Positions 63,237 through 64,000 of a DNA stretch of 64,000 nt are shown here, one piece after another (the first letter of the stretch is position 1; each line of letters begins with the position of its first letter). The stretch comes from Octopus sinensis (lineage: Eukaryota). The notes under the pieces were generated by a model. That model saw only the letters and a list, made by a program, of their open reading frames with translations, had not been told where the DNA came from and did not search any database. The translations under genes and the position numbers were made by a program. The stretch spans positions 66,712,001 through 66,776,000 of the forward strand of contig NC_043000.1 of NCBI RefSeq assembly GCF_006345805.1, read 5' to 3'.

Positions 63237-64000
63237 TAGGTGTTATCATCGGAATTTAAATTTTGATCGTTAGATTTACATGTCATCAGTGAGCTGTTTA
63301 ATTTGTGAATAGTGTGTTTCCAGTGCGTTTGTTTTAGTATTGAACTGCGTTATGAGTATTGCTTTAACTTTTAATTATCTACTTTCGTTTTGACTTCTGT
63401 AGAGTACAAGCGTGCAGTCTACTAATGTTTTTTTTTCTTATATCTCGTTGTTGTAAGTACATGATGTGTCGGCAGCAGGGCGTTGTACACGTATGGCCAA
63501 TATAACAGTCGAAGTTGTGAAATTTACAACATTCGCATTTGCTACCGTATTCATAAATTACATTGATCGACGTTTTCATAGATTTAAATACCTGTAGTTT
63601 TTTTAATGTACGAAGGATTTTAATTTTAGAGGCCCTTTAATATTAAAATTGAGTTATCGTTTATTAAAATGCATATTGTTTTCTGCGTTTTGCTTTTAAA
63701 ATATTTTGATGAATTTATCTTTTTTTTCTACGTGTAATGCTTTTGGTTTATAAAATACACTTTATGTATGGCTAGTGTATTTTTCAGAATTTTTAATATC
63801 TTAATAATTGTTATGTTTTTTACGTGTGTTAGTATCTCCTTTATTCTGTCATGTCTTTATCTACTGCTTCATTTGTGGAGGAGAATCTAAATGCTCTTCA
63901 GAGTAAAGATTTTATCACTAACTTTGTTATATCTATGTGGAAAGGTGGTTTTATCTGTCTGAAGTATGTGTTTATTCCTGTGTGGTTATCTTTTTTTTAC

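Overview
AT-rich eukaryotic (animal) genomic DNA, most likely a coleoid cephalopod such as Octopus. This is inferred from the dense tRNA-derived SINEs of two main families and the extreme microsatellite load. Most of the window is layered, decayed mobile DNA. It holds roughly 40 SINE copies or fragments and LINE remnants (Tx1/L1, R4/Dong-like restriction-like-endonuclease (REL) LINEs, RTE, CR1). It also holds Penelope-like elements with hammerhead relics, an internally deleted Gypsy element and DNA-transposon fossils (hAT, Tigger, mariner/Tc1, MITE/foldback). No recognisable host gene, rRNA, true tRNA or CRISPR array was found. Most ORF-track entries are microsatellite or SINE artefacts. A few splice-site-bounded open exons suggest an unidentified intron-rich gene on + (44.7-53 kb) and perhaps another on - (about 1.2-17.5 kb), but these calls are low to moderate confidence. 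The most interesting observations are an ORF1-only Tx1-like element, a 37-bp-stem hairpin inside a Tx1 copy, a type I hammerhead at a Penelope end, (TAA)n-linked REL-LINE chains, a microsatellite-carrying LINE 3'UTR and oppositely oriented SINE arrays. All family assignments come from motifs I recognised by eye, with no database searches. Repeat boundaries are approximate.
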